DNA of 63,922 nucleotides, filler included, from a bacterium (GCA_027063545.1; 14 parts of 14 records of this genome joined end to end with filler, not necessarily neighbours in it), one strand, 5' to 3'. Positions 31,110 to 40,928 are shown, counted from the first letter of the whole stretch. Numbers and translations: made by a program. Notes: generated by a model from the sequence alone, not told the origin.

Positions 31110-32549
31110 ATGGTAAAAAATCCAGTATTATTAATTGCACTACCACTTATAATAGGTTTTTTCACAGCATTTATATCTCCTTTTATAAAAAAAGGTTATA
31201 GTATTATAGCAATATTTACAGCAGCAATAACTACAATATTATCATCTTTACTTTTTAGTAATTCTGGAACAGATCTTATAACCTATCCAATTGGAGGATG
31301 GAGTACAAAATATGGTATATACTTAATTTCAAATATTCAAATAAGTGGTTTATTAGTGTTGGTGAATTTTATAGCGTTTTTAGCTCTTATTTATTATAGT
31401 ATAAAAGAGAGAGATTTGGGTTCTGAATTAGGGTATTCTTTAGGATTTATACTTTCAATAGCAGCAGTAAATGGTCTTATTCTAACAGGTGATTTATTTA
31501 ATATGTTTGTTTTTATAGAATTATTATCAATAGGTGGATATATTTTAGCCACACATAAAGGAGGATATTATTCTGCTTTTAAATATGTTGTATTATCTTC
31601 AATAGGAGGTTTATTCTTCTTAATTGGTGTAATTTCAATCTATAATGTAACAGGGCTTTTGAGTTTATTATATATTCCTAAAACAGAATCTTTTCATAAT
31701 CTTCCGGCTATATTTTTAATAGTTTTATCAGTAATTTGGGTAATCGGGCTTTCTGGTGAAAGTGAACTTTTCCCATTAAATATGTGGGTTGGAAGTGTTT
31801 ATAAAAATACTTCTACTTCAGCAGTTGTATTTTTCGCTAGTGTATTATCAGTAGGAGGAATTTATGCTATTATAAAACTATTAAGTTTAATATTTAATAA
31901 TGGCTATGCAGCTATATATAGATATATATATGCTTTAGGGCTTATAACATTATTTATAGGTGAAGCAGTTGCTTTTAAACAAAAAGATGCGAAAAAGATG
32001 TTAGGTTATTCTTCAATTGCACAAGCAGGACTTATAATTTCGTTAGTAGCATTGAGTATAAAGAGTTCTTTAAATATAGATTTATACTCTTCTGCAATAT
32101 TTCAATTAATAAATAATATAATAGCAAAGGCATTAGTACTATTTGGATTGGGCGTTATAGGGTATTCTGGTTTTAATAAATTAAAGGGTGTTGGTAAAGA
32201 GAGAAGAGAGGTTGCACTTCTTTTAACAATAGGGACTTTATCTTTGGCAGGAATGCCTGGTTTTGCAGGTTTTTGGAGTAAATTTTATATAGTTAAATCA
32301 TTGGTATCAAATGGTGAGATTGTTTTTCTTGTGGTATTCTTGTTTAGTGCTTTATTTGAGGTATATTATTTATTAAGACTTTCTCAAATAATACTATTTG
32401 AACCCCAAGAGGAAGAGGTTAGTTTAGAGATACCTTCTATTGTTGAGTATGTAATTTTAACAATGCTTGCAGCAGTAATACTTTATATAGGATTTTATCC
32501 AAATGTAATATATAACTTAATATGCAAAGTAGGATTGATAGGAGGATAG
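31110..32549 (+). CDS. mbxH: Mbx/MBS antiporter-like subunit H (MnhD-like)
   Basis: TGDLFNMFVFIE, FPL..W, KKMLGYSSI, GMPGFAGFWSKF; many TM segments. Confidence 0.85.
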   Translation: MVKNPVLLIALPLIIGFFTAFISPFIKKGYSIIAIFTAAITTILSSLLFSNSGTDLITYPIGGWSTKYGIYLISNIQISGLLVLVNFIAFLALIYYSIKERDLGSELGYSLGFILSIAAVNGLILTGDLFNMFVFIELLSIGGYILATHKGGYYSAFKYVVLSSIGGLFFLIGVISIYNVTGLLSLLYIPKTESFHNLPAIFLIVLSVIWVIGLSGESELFPLNMWVGSVYKNTSTSAVVFFASVLSVGGIYAIIKLLSLIFNNGYAAIYRYIYALGLITLFIGEAVAFKQKDAKKMLGYSSIAQAGLIISLVALSIKSSLNIDLYSSAIFQLINNIIAKALVLFGLGVIGYSGFNKLKGVGKERREVALLLTIGTLSLAGMPGFAGFWSKFYIVKSLVSNGEIVFLVVFLFSALFEVYYLLRLSQIILFEPQEEEVSLEIPSIVEYVILTMLAAVILYIGFYPNVIYNLICKVGLIGG

Positions 32550-32555
32550 GGATTT

Positions 32556-34418
32556 ATGGCTTTTACAATAGGATCATTAATATACTCAGGGTCAATTTTT
32601 AGTGTTATAATATATCTACTAACAAGATTTTCTGTAAAATTAGGTTCTATTTTTACAACAGTACTTTTTGGTCTTTATGTATATGCTATTTATATACTAA
32701 AAGATAGTGTATCTATATCTTTTATACATCTTCCAGGGGCGTATAATTTAACATTTAAGGCGGATTTATTTAATTGGCCATTTTTGATGATAGGTACTAT
32801 TGTACTTTTTGTTTCAGCGCTATTTAGTATTCATGGGCTTAAAAGTTTCAAATCAGCAGCATCATTTAATTTTCTTTCTGTATTAGTTGGAACATCAGTT
32901 TTAGGGGTATTTGGAGCAAATGATTTATTAACTCTTTTTATATTTTGGGAGCTAATGACTTGGGCTTCATTTTTTCTGGTTTCAATGGGGAAAAAAGAGG
33001 CAAGAAGTGCTGCACTATTTTTCCTTTTTATGAGTATGATTTCTGCATATCTAATGATTTATGGAATGTTTTTGGTATATAATAAGGTAGGGTCATTTTC
33101 TCTAGACGTAATAGCAAATAATTGGGGAGATTTATCTGATATAAGGGGGAGGTTATTTGTTTTATTTGTTTTAGCAGGTTTAATTAAGGGTGGTGTATGG
33201 CCTGTTCATGTATGGCTTAGAACAACGCATGGAAATGCACCAAATATATTCAGTTCTGTGCTTTCTGGTATTTTAATTAAGTTTGGTTCATTTATTGTAT
33301 ATCTATTTGTAGTATTTTTCCCTGCTTTTTATTTGACAACAAAAGGAGTCTCTTCTGTTGGGGCTGAAAAATTATCACATCCGATTTTGGCTTATATTGG
33401 AGCAATAAGTATAATGATAGGAACACTTTCTGCAATAAGACAGAATGATTTTAAGAAGTTAATTGCTTTTTCTTCAGTTAGTCATGCGGGATATATAGTT
33501 TTAGGTATTGCTTTTGGAACAGGAAGTGCTATTTTAGGAGGGCTTTCTCATATTTGGGTTCATGCTTTAACTGCAGCAGGAATGTTTTTATCAGCAGCAG
33601 CAGTTTATTATGTAACAGGTACTACTAATATGGATGAAATGGGAGGATTGGTAAGGAAAATGCCAATAACATTCACTACATATTTAGTAGCAATAATCTC
33701 AGTTGCAGGAATACCTCCACTTGCGGGATTTGTGTCAAAATGGCTTATTTATCAAGCATTAATTGCAAAAGGAAATTATCTATTAACATTTATAGCATTT
33801 TTTGGGTCTGTAGGCTCATTTTTATATGTATTTAGGCCACTTGCAACGGTATTTTTAGGCCAACTTCCTCATAAGTATGATAGTGTGAAGGAAGTGCCAT
33901 GGAGTATGCAACTTTCAATGCTTATAGTAACAATATTAACAATAGTATTTGGAGTGTTTCCTTCATTTATGTTAAAGCCAATAATTAGAATAGAGGAGGC
34001 GTTATCAATACCAACAGTAAAAATAGAGGGCTATTCAAATATTTATACAATGCTTACACAACTTGATATGTTTTTAGTAGCGATTATATTTGGAATAGGA
34101 TTTATTTTTGTTACAATACTATTTTTCTTACTTGCTAAATCAACAAAGGTAGAGCAATACGAGCAATATACAGCAGGTGAGATTGTACAGGAGATTTCAA
34201 CAACACCAGAGATTTATCATTATAGTAAAAATTATTATAGATCATTTGAAAGGGTTATTGAATGGGCACCTTCTTTAGAAGAGTATTATAGAATAGCAGC
34301 AAGACATATAAGCAGATTTTATGATATATTAGATGGAATAATATTTAAATCAGGAATACCAATGTATGTATGGTTTATCACAATAACAATTTTAGTACTA
34401 CTATTAATTAGATGGTAG
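32556..34418 (+). CDS. mbxH2: Mbx/MBS second antiporter-like subunit H-prime
   Basis: FIFWELM, KGG.WP.HVWL, LSG.LIK, KKLIAFSS.SH, GIPPLAGFVSKW. Confidence 0.85.
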   Translation: MAFTIGSLIYSGSIFSVIIYLLTRFSVKLGSIFTTVLFGLYVYAIYILKDSVSISFIHLPGAYNLTFKADLFNWPFLMIGTIVLFVSALFSIHGLKSFKSAASFNFLSVLVGTSVLGVFGANDLLTLFIFWELMTWASFFLVSMGKKEARSAALFFLFMSMISAYLMIYGMFLVYNKVGSFSLDVIANNWGDLSDIRGRLFVLFVLAGLIKGGVWPVHVWLRTTHGNAPNIFSSVLSGILIKFGSFIVYLFVVFFPAFYLTTKGVSSVGAEKLSHPILAYIGAISIMIGTLSAIRQNDFKKLIAFSSVSHAGYIVLGIAFGTGSAILGGLSHIWVHALTAAGMFLSAAAVYYVTGTTNMDEMGGLVRKMPITFTTYLVAIISVAGIPPLAGFVSKWLIYQALIAKGNYLLTFIAFFGSVGSFLYVFRPLATVFLGQLPHKYDSVKEVPWSMQLSMLIVTILTIVFGVFPSFMLKPIIRIEEALSIPTVKIEGYSNIYTMLTQLDMFLVAIIFGIGFIFVTILFFLLAKSTKVEQYEQYTAGEIVQEISTTPEIYHYSKNYYRSFERVIEWAPSLEEYYRIAARHISRFYDILDGIIFKSGIPMYVWFITITILVLLLIRW

Positions 34419-34422
34419 GGGA

Positions 34423-35319
34423 ATGGATATGGTGAATATGATAATATTAGCAGTGGTGTTTGTAATTGGAGCATTTATTTTTCAGGTTACACTTTCAGGT
34501 TTTTCTAGAAAGGTAGTTGCTAGAATTCAAAAGAGAAGAGGACCAACTGTTTTTCAAAACTTTTACGATATTGGAAAACTTTTATTTAAAGAGAGTTCTA
34601 TTTCTCATGGTTTTATATTTGATTTTGGTATATGGATGGCTTTAGGTAGTACTATTGCTACACTTCTATTTATGCCAGTAGGTGGATGGGCTTTAATGCC
34701 TAAGTATGCAAATATTATAGTAATAATTTATCTCCTTGCTGTAGGATCTTTGGGAATGGCAATGAGTGCTGTTGGCTCAGGTAATCCATTAGCTTCAATA
34801 GGTGTTTCTAGGGCTTTAACTCAGATGTTTGCTTATGAACTTCCATTTGTGGTAATAGCAGTTTTAATAATATATTTAGCAAAGAGTTCTAATATATTAA
34901 AGATAATTGAGTATCAAACACAAAATGGTTGGAATTTATTTTCTATGCCAATAGGCGCGTTAGTGGCTTATATTAGTTTAATGGGTATGCTTGGAAAAAA
35001 ACCTTTTGATACACCAATAGCACCAGCAGAGATTGCTTCAGGTCCTTTAGTAGAATACAGTGGAAAATATTTAGGATTTTTAATGATTCAACATGAGTTT
35101 GCGACATTTATAGAAGTAGGGCTTTTTGTTCATTTATTTATGGGTTCAACAAGTATTATAGGATTTTTAATTAAATATATTATCGTATATATAAGTGCTG
35201 TTATGATATCTTCTGTTATGGCAAGACTTAAGATAGATGAGGTAGTAAAATTCTATTGGAGATGGCCACTTGGACTTGCAATTTTACAAGCAATAATTAC
35301 ATTGGGAGTAAGATTCTAA
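34423..35319 (+). CDS. mbxM: Mbx/MBS subunit M (NuoH-like)
   Basis: RKVVARIQKRRGP, KLLFKE, PFD.P.A..EI..G..VEYSG. Confidence 0.88.
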   Translation: MDMVNMIILAVVFVIGAFIFQVTLSGFSRKVVARIQKRRGPTVFQNFYDIGKLLFKESSISHGFIFDFGIWMALGSTIATLLFMPVGGWALMPKYANIIVIIYLLAVGSLGMAMSAVGSGNPLASIGVSRALTQMFAYELPFVVIAVLIIYLAKSSNILKIIEYQTQNGWNLFSMPIGALVAYISLMGMLGKKPFDTPIAPAEIASGPLVEYSGKYLGFLMIQHEFATFIEVGLFVHLFMGSTSIIGFLIKYIIVYISAVMISSVMARLKIDEVVKFYWRWPLGLAILQAIITLGVRF

Positions 35320-35336
35320 TAAAAGGAGAATAGAGT

Positions 35337-35870
35337 ATGTCAATGTCAACAGTATCTTTGATGGAGAAGATAAAGAATATTATTAGGGGTCATTCTTTAT
35401 GGATGCTTCATTATTGTACTGGGTGTGGAGCTATGGAACTTCCGCCAACAATGACAGCAAGATTTGATATGGAAAGGCTTGGTTTTGCTCCAATGGCTAC
35501 ACCAAGACAAGCAGATATTCTTTTAGTTACAGGATATTTAAGCGTTAAGACATTAAGAAGGCTTATTTATACTTATGAACAAATGCAAGATCCTAAGTGG
35601 GTGGTTGGTTTTGGATCATGTACTATAAATGGGGGAATTTACTATGATTCTTATGCTACAATAAAAAGGTTGGATTTATATCTTCCTGTGGATTTATATA
35701 TTGCTGGTTGTATGCCAAGACCAGAGGCTGTTATAAATGGATTTAAAAAATTAATGGATATGATAAAAAGTGGTGAGGCTAATGGTTGGAAGAAGTATAA
35801 AGAAAATTTAGAGTGGTATAGAGCTAATCAAAGAAAGATCTTAGGAGATAGTTTATATGTAACAAGATAA
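35337..35870 (+). CDS. mbxJ: Mbx/MBS subunit J (NuoB-like FeS subunit)
   Basis: YCTGCGAME, TPRQAD, GSC..NGG, GCMPRPE. Confidence 0.9.
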   Translation: MSMSTVSLMEKIKNIIRGHSLWMLHYCTGCGAMELPPTMTARFDMERLGFAPMATPRQADILLVTGYLSVKTLRRLIYTYEQMQDPKWVVGFGSCTINGGIYYDSYATIKRLDLYLPVDLYIAGCMPRPEAVINGFKKLMDMIKSGEANGWKKYKENLEWYRANQRKILGDSLYVTR

Positions 35871-35886
35871 AATTAGGAGGCTAGCC

Positions 35887-36399
35887 TTGAAAGAACAAGA
35901 ATTAATAGATTTAATAGAGAAGCATGTGAAGTATGAAGAGGGTAGTATTGAAGTATATGCTCCAAGAAAATTAAAGTTTATATTAAAAAAAGATGATTTA
36001 GTTGATACACTTTTATTTTTAAAGAGAAATGGGTTTGTTCAGCTTTCCTTTATAACTTGTGTTGATTGGATAAAAGATAATAAGTTTGAACTTGTTTATG
36101 GTTTGGTTTCTTGGGAACATAAACTAACAGTTTTAGTAAAAACATTTATAGATAGAGATAATCCTAAGATGATTTCAATAATGGATATATGGCCAACGGC
36201 CAAATATTATGAACAAGAAATAAATGAGTTTTTTGGTGTTTATTTTGAAGGTAATCCTAATATGAGTAAAGAATTAATATTAGAAAATTGGGATTCAATG
36301 CCACCATTAAGAAAAGATTTTGATCCACAATCTTATTCTAATGAGAAATTTGAAATAAGGATTTATGACTATAAAATGGAAGATAAAAAGAAAAAATAG
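35887..36399 (+). CDS. mbxK: Mbx/MBS subunit K (NuoC-like)
   Basis: VDW..F.LVY, YEQE..E.FG..F.G, PPLRKDF; TTG start after AGGAGG. Confidence 0.88.
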   Translation: MKEQELIDLIEKHVKYEEGSIEVYAPRKLKFILKKDDLVDTLLFLKRNGFVQLSFITCVDWIKDNKFELVYGLVSWEHKLTVLVKTFIDRDNPKMISIMDIWPTAKYYEQEINEFFGVYFEGNPNMSKELILENWDSMPPLRKDFDPQSYSNEKFEIRIYDYKMEDKKKK

Positions 36400-36410
36400 G
36401 GTGAAGAGTT

Positions 36411-37520
36411 ATGGGAGAAATAAAAGCATTACAATTATTTCATGGTCCTAACCATCCTGGAATGCATGGAAATTTTTCAGTACATATTAAGGTAGATGGA
36501 GATATAGTTGTTGAGGCAGAAGCAAATCCAGGGATGCTTCATAGAGGTTTTGAGAAGTTAATGGAGAGAAGAAATTGGATGCAAAATATTGCCTTGATTT
36601 TAAGAGTGTGTGTAGTTGAGCCTGATATAAATGAGGCTGCTTATTCTATGGCGGTGGAGACTATTGAAGGTATGGATGTACCAGAGAGGGCTCAATGGAT
36701 TAGGGTTATGATTTTGGAGATGGCTAGAATTGCCAATCATTTAATGAGTTTGGGAGGAATTGGAGGACCAACAGGATTATATACAGGACCAAACTGGGCA
36801 TTAGTAGATAGAGATTTAATCCTTGATATATTTGAGAAGATTACAGGTGCAAGAGTATATCATATGTATATTGTTCCTGGAGGAGTAAGACAGGATGTTA
36901 CAGACGAAATTTTAAAGGATTTAGAGAAGGTACTTGATGATATAGAAAAAAGGCTACCTGAATATAGGGAATTAATTTTAGAGCATCCTATAATTCAAAA
37001 AAGGACAAAGAATATTGCTGTATTAACAAGAGATCAGGCTTTAAGTTGGGGGGTAACAGGAATAGCTTTAAGGGCAACAGGTGTTGATTATGATGTAAGA
37101 AAATATGATCCTTATTTAGTATATGATAAAGTTGAGTTTGATGTGCCAACAGTAGACTTTAGTGATGCTTATAATAGATTATGGTTGAAGTATCAAGAGA
37201 TTTATCAAAGTATAAGGATAATTAGACAAGTAATAGAAAAGATGCCATCAGGAAAGGTTAGGGAAAAACTTCCAGGGAATGCTTTAAAGTGGAGAGTTAA
37301 AAAGGGAGATGCTTACGTAAAACTTGAGTCAGCAAGAGGTGAATTTGGTTATTATATGGTATCAGATGGAGGAACAAAGCCTTATAGAGTTTTTGTTAGA
37401 GGAGCTTCTTATCCACAAGGGCTTTTAGGAATAGAAAAAGGTCTTCCTGGTACAAGGCTTGAGGATGTAGCAATTTGGCTTGATACAATGGGAGTTTGTG
37501 CGCCGGAAATAGATAGATAA
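36411..37520 (+). CDS. mbxL: Mbx/MBS catalytic subunit L (NuoD/hydrogenase large-subunit fold without full NiFe ligands)
   Basis: GPNHPGMHG, HRGFEKL, RVCVVE (C67xxE70), ESARGE, C-terminal CAPEIDR (C363xxE366). Confidence 0.9.
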   Translation: MGEIKALQLFHGPNHPGMHGNFSVHIKVDGDIVVEAEANPGMLHRGFEKLMERRNWMQNIALILRVCVVEPDINEAAYSMAVETIEGMDVPERAQWIRVMILEMARIANHLMSLGGIGGPTGLYTGPNWALVDRDLILDIFEKITGARVYHMYIVPGGVRQDVTDEILKDLEKVLDDIEKRLPEYRELILEHPIIQKRTKNIAVLTRDQALSWGVTGIALRATGVDYDVRKYDPYLVYDKVEFDVPTVDFSDAYNRLWLKYQEIYQSIRIIRQVIEKMPSGKVREKLPGNALKWRVKKGDAYVKLESARGEFGYYMVSDGGTKPYRVFVRGASYPQGLLGIEKGLPGTRLEDVAIWLDTMGVCAPEIDR

Positions 37521-37531
37521 TAATTGGAGGC

Positions 37532-39367
37532 ATGGATATGGATAAACCAAAGGCAAATTTATTTTCTTCAATAAAGAGTTTAAAGTATTTATTTAAAAAA
37601 CCAGTTACTATAGAGATCCCTAAAGTATATAGAGAAGCAGCAGATAGATATAGGGGGTTTCATACAAATGATTGGGATAAATGTATTGGATGTGGAACAT
37701 GTTCAGAGATTTGCCCAACAAATGCTATTAGAATGGAAAAGGTTCCTGGATATGAAGCAGGTAATGGTCAAACAGATGAAAGACCAGTAATAGATTATGG
37801 TAGATGTTGTTGGTGTGGTTTTTGTGTTGATATTTGTACTACAGGGTCTTTAAAGATGTCTAAGGATTACATATTTATTTCTCCTGATGCAAATGATTTT
37901 ATTTATATACCAGATGAGGAAGGAATAAATAAAAATTATCCAGAAGAAGGTTATAGAAGAAATGATGAAACAGATTTACTTGAACTTGAAAGGGTTATAA
38001 TGGGTCATCTTTCTGCTGAGGAGAGAGGAGATTCTTTTATAGAATATGTTAGAGGATATAGTAAAGAAGAGGCAATAAGAGAGGCTTCTAGATGTGTAGA
38101 ATGTGGAATTTGTACATATACTTGTCCTGCCCATATGAATATACCAGAATATATTAGAACAATTTGGGAGGATGATTTAGAAAAAGGAGTTGAATATCTA
38201 TATAAAACAAATCCATTGCCAGGAGTATGTGGTAGAGTTTGTACCCATAAATGTGAGAGTGTATGTTCATTAGGACATAGGGGAGAACCTATAGCAATTA
38301 GATGGCTTAAGAGATATATAGTTGATAATACTCCAGATGACGAGTATGAAAAGGTTGTTTTAGCAGAGGTATCAAAACCAGGAAAAGGTAAAGTAGCAAT
38401 TATTGGAGCAGGGCCTGCAGGCCTTTCTGCAGCGTATTATTTAAGAACATTAGGGTACGAAGTTGATGTATTTGAGCAAATGCCACTTGCAGGTGGTGTA
38501 ATGAGATATGGTATTCCAAGGTATAGACTTCCAGATGAAGCTTTAGATAGGGATATTAGTTTTATAGAAAAAATAGGTGTAAGAATTCATACAAATTATA
38601 AGGTTGATAAAGAAAAATTTAAGGAATTAAAAGAAAAATACGATGCAGTATTTCTTTCTACAGGATTTTTTACAGGAAGAAAGTTGCCTCCACATATACT
38701 TCCAGGTAGTGATCATACAGATGTAATTGCTGCTATGGATTTTCTACCAAAGGTAAGGGATTTTGTAAGAGGAATGGGCGAGATGCCAGAGGTAGGAGAA
38801 AAGGTGGTAATAATTGGTGGTGGTAATGTTGGTTTTGATGTTGGTAGAAGTGTGGTAAGACTTCAAAGAATGAAATATGGGAAAGTTGATGTAACAATTA
38901 CGGCTCTTGAGAGTGAAGATATTTTACCAGCAGATAGAGAAGAACTTGAAGAAGGAAGAGAAGAAGGATTAAAGGTTGTGTTCTCCAGAGGTCCAAAGGA
39001 AATAGTAATAGAAGATGGAAAGATAAAAGGATTATTAACAGTTAAGTGTTTGAGAGTTTTTGATGATGAAGGAAAATTTAATCCTCAATTTGATGAAGAA
39101 GATAAATTATTCTTAGAGGCTGACCAAATATTTATGGCAGTTGGTCAAGCACCGGATTATAATTATATCCCTGATGATATAATGGAGAAATTAGAAATTG
39201 TTAGAGGAAAGATTAAAGCAGACGAATATGGAAGAACAAATTTTGAATGGTTGTTTGTAGGTGGTGATATTAAAGAGGGTCCTGATATTATTCATGGTAT
39301 TGCAAATGGTCATAATGCTGCCAAGGCAATAGATGAGTATTTAAGAAAGAAATATGGAATAGAATAA
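37532..39367 (+). CDS. mbxN: MbxN (NuoI-like 2x[4Fe-4S]) fused to a GltD-like FAD/NAD(P)H oxidoreductase
   Basis: CIGCGTCSEICP and CCWCGFCVDICT; then EASRCVECGIC...CP, CGRVC..KCE..C, FAD motif IGAGPAG and dinucleotide motif IGGGNVG. Confidence 0.9.
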   Translation: MDMDKPKANLFSSIKSLKYLFKKPVTIEIPKVYREAADRYRGFHTNDWDKCIGCGTCSEICPTNAIRMEKVPGYEAGNGQTDERPVIDYGRCCWCGFCVDICTTGSLKMSKDYIFISPDANDFIYIPDEEGINKNYPEEGYRRNDETDLLELERVIMGHLSAEERGDSFIEYVRGYSKEEAIREASRCVECGICTYTCPAHMNIPEYIRTIWEDDLEKGVEYLYKTNPLPGVCGRVCTHKCESVCSLGHRGEPIAIRWLKRYIVDNTPDDEYEKVVLAEVSKPGKGKVAIIGAGPAGLSAAYYLRTLGYEVDVFEQMPLAGGVMRYGIPRYRLPDEALDRDISFIEKIGVRIHTNYKVDKEKFKELKEKYDAVFLSTGFFTGRKLPPHILPGSDHTDVIAAMDFLPKVRDFVRGMGEMPEVGEKVVIIGGGNVGFDVGRSVVRLQRMKYGKVDVTITALESEDILPADREELEEGREEGLKVVFSRGPKEIVIEDGKIKGLLTVKCLRVFDDEGKFNPQFDEEDKLFLEADQIFMAVGQAPDYNYIPDDIMEKLEIVRGKIKADEYGRTNFEWLFVGGDIKEGPDIIHGIANGHNAAKAIDEYLRKKYGIE

Positions 39368-39399
39368 AAAAGATAAGCAAATAAATAGAAGATATCTAT

Positions 39400-39438
39400 A
39401 AGCCTTCCCCTCTTAAAAAATAGGGGAAGGCTTTTTTT
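39400..39438 (+). terminator. Rho-independent terminator ending the mbx operon
   Basis: 12-bp perfect stem AAGCCTTCCCCT / AGGGGAAGGCTT plus T-tract; lies between convergent genes. Confidence 0.88.
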
Positions 39439-39451
39439 ATTTTAGCATTTT

Positions 39452-40335
39452 CTATTTTAATATTTCAATTTTTTCTAATTTAGAGAAATCTTCTCCAGAA
39501 ATTTTAATAAAATATACTCCAGAATTTAAATTTTTTGAATTTATAATGATAGAATTGTTTTGTGGGCTAATTATTTTAGAGCTTTGTAGTATTGTTTTCC
39601 CATTTATATCAAATAGTTTTATATTTACATTTTGTAATTTAGATGTAAAAATTTTAATATTAACAGTAGGATTTGATGGATTTGGGAATATACTAACTTT
39701 TATATTTTTATTTGAATTAGATTTTTTTATATTACTAGAATTGAATATTGAAGCCTCTTATGAGGTATTTTTAATTCCATATTCAGAGTTTAAAACTAAA
39801 TTTCCCCAATAGGTTAAAGTGTTTAGAGTCCAATCATCTGTCATATTAAGCCAAGAATTAGCATCATCATTGCCAGCCCATGACCATGGTATATATCCAA
39901 TTTTAAATTTATAACAAAGTTCCATTACTTTAATAGCATCTACTTTGCAGTTTACATTGTTGTTTCCATTATTATAATTATAACCGAATTCTCCAATTAC
40001 AAGCGGTATATTTAAATCTTTTATAATTCCTAAATATTCATCTAATGTAGAAGAGTCATTCCAAACACTATAGCCATACATATGAATATCAAATACAATA
40101 TTATGATCAGGGTCATATTCAATTAATTCCTGTGCCTTTGCAACAACAGGTTTTATTGCTTTGCCCCAATTTGGAGCATCAATCATTAAGAGGCTATGAA
40201 ATCCAGCGTTTCTTATTATATCAATGGCCTGTTTGTAATTATCTGCCCATTCTTCTGGTGTGGTTTTCCAGTTTCCTGCTTCATTAGCTATATTTAATAT
40301 TAAATATTTTTCATATTTTTTTATAATAGGAAAAA
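39452..40335 (-). pseudogene. GH5 endo-beta-mannanase-like hydrolase with T9SS type A C-terminal domain, interrupted by an in-frame TAA at 39758-39760 (5' truncated)
   Basis: NIANE (acid/base), IHMY, IGEFG (nucleophile), WSW..N; reading through the stop gives YGIKNTS*EASIF..IFPNPSNP..LFDINGK..LNSGVYFIKI..KIEILK then TAG in the same frame. Confidence 0.8.
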
Positions 40336-40435
40336 NNNNNNNNNNNNNNNNNNNNNNNNNNNNNNNNNNNNNNNNNNNNTTAATTAATTAANNNNNNNNN
40401 NNNNNNNNNNNNNNNNNNNNNNNNNNNNNNNNNNN

Positions 40436-40910
40436 AAAGGATCTACCATATTTAATAAATGTAATTGACACTATAGGAGGAGATTATGCTTGTAGACGAG
40501 CTTATAGGTTTTCTTGGAAGAAAGAATATAATTGGGGGACTTTAATAAGCATGTTAAGAAAAAATTTAAAATTAAACATATACAGTCTAGAAGATATAAA
40601 GATTATAAAGCGTACTCCTTTTTTTAGAGTAAAAGTTCTAAGAATTTATTATAATAAGTCCGATAGTATAGATATATATGGAGATAAAATAAGGTGGGTT
40701 TTTAAAGATAAAAAAGGGCAAGGATTGTATTCTACTTTTTTTGATTTATATGTAAAAAAAGATATAAAGGTCACTTTCAAGGGAAGAGGTTATGGGCATG
40801 GAGTTGGTTTGTGTCAGCATGGAGCAATAAAAAGAGCTTTAATGGGTTGGAAAATGAAGAAAATTTTATTTTTTTATTATAAAGATGTAAAATTGCAAAA
40901 GATATATTAA
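40436..40910 (+). CDS. SpoIID/LytB-domain protein (5' truncated)
   Basis: C-terminal G.GYGHGVGLCQ.GA...A..G....IL..YY motif. Confidence 0.85.
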
Positions 40911-40928
40911 AAAAGGAGAAAATTTTAG

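Noticed and set aside
35337-37520. Group 4 [NiFe]-hydrogenase (Mbh/Ech) or canonical complex I
   Set aside because: The large subunit has only one Cys of each CxxC pair, there is no nuoA or nuoEFG, and the gene order matches Mbx/MBS
37532-39367. Stand-alone glutamate synthase small subunit
   Set aside because: No gltB nearby; it is fused to a NuoI-like domain as the last gene of the mbx operon
39758-39760. Alternative genetic code or selenocysteine/pyrrolysine readthrough
   Set aside because: The codon is TAA, which terminates many other genes here; Sec and Pyl use TGA and TAG
39546-39812. 88-aa plus-strand ORF from the track
   Set aside because: Antisense shadow of the T9SS C-terminal domain encoded on the minus strand
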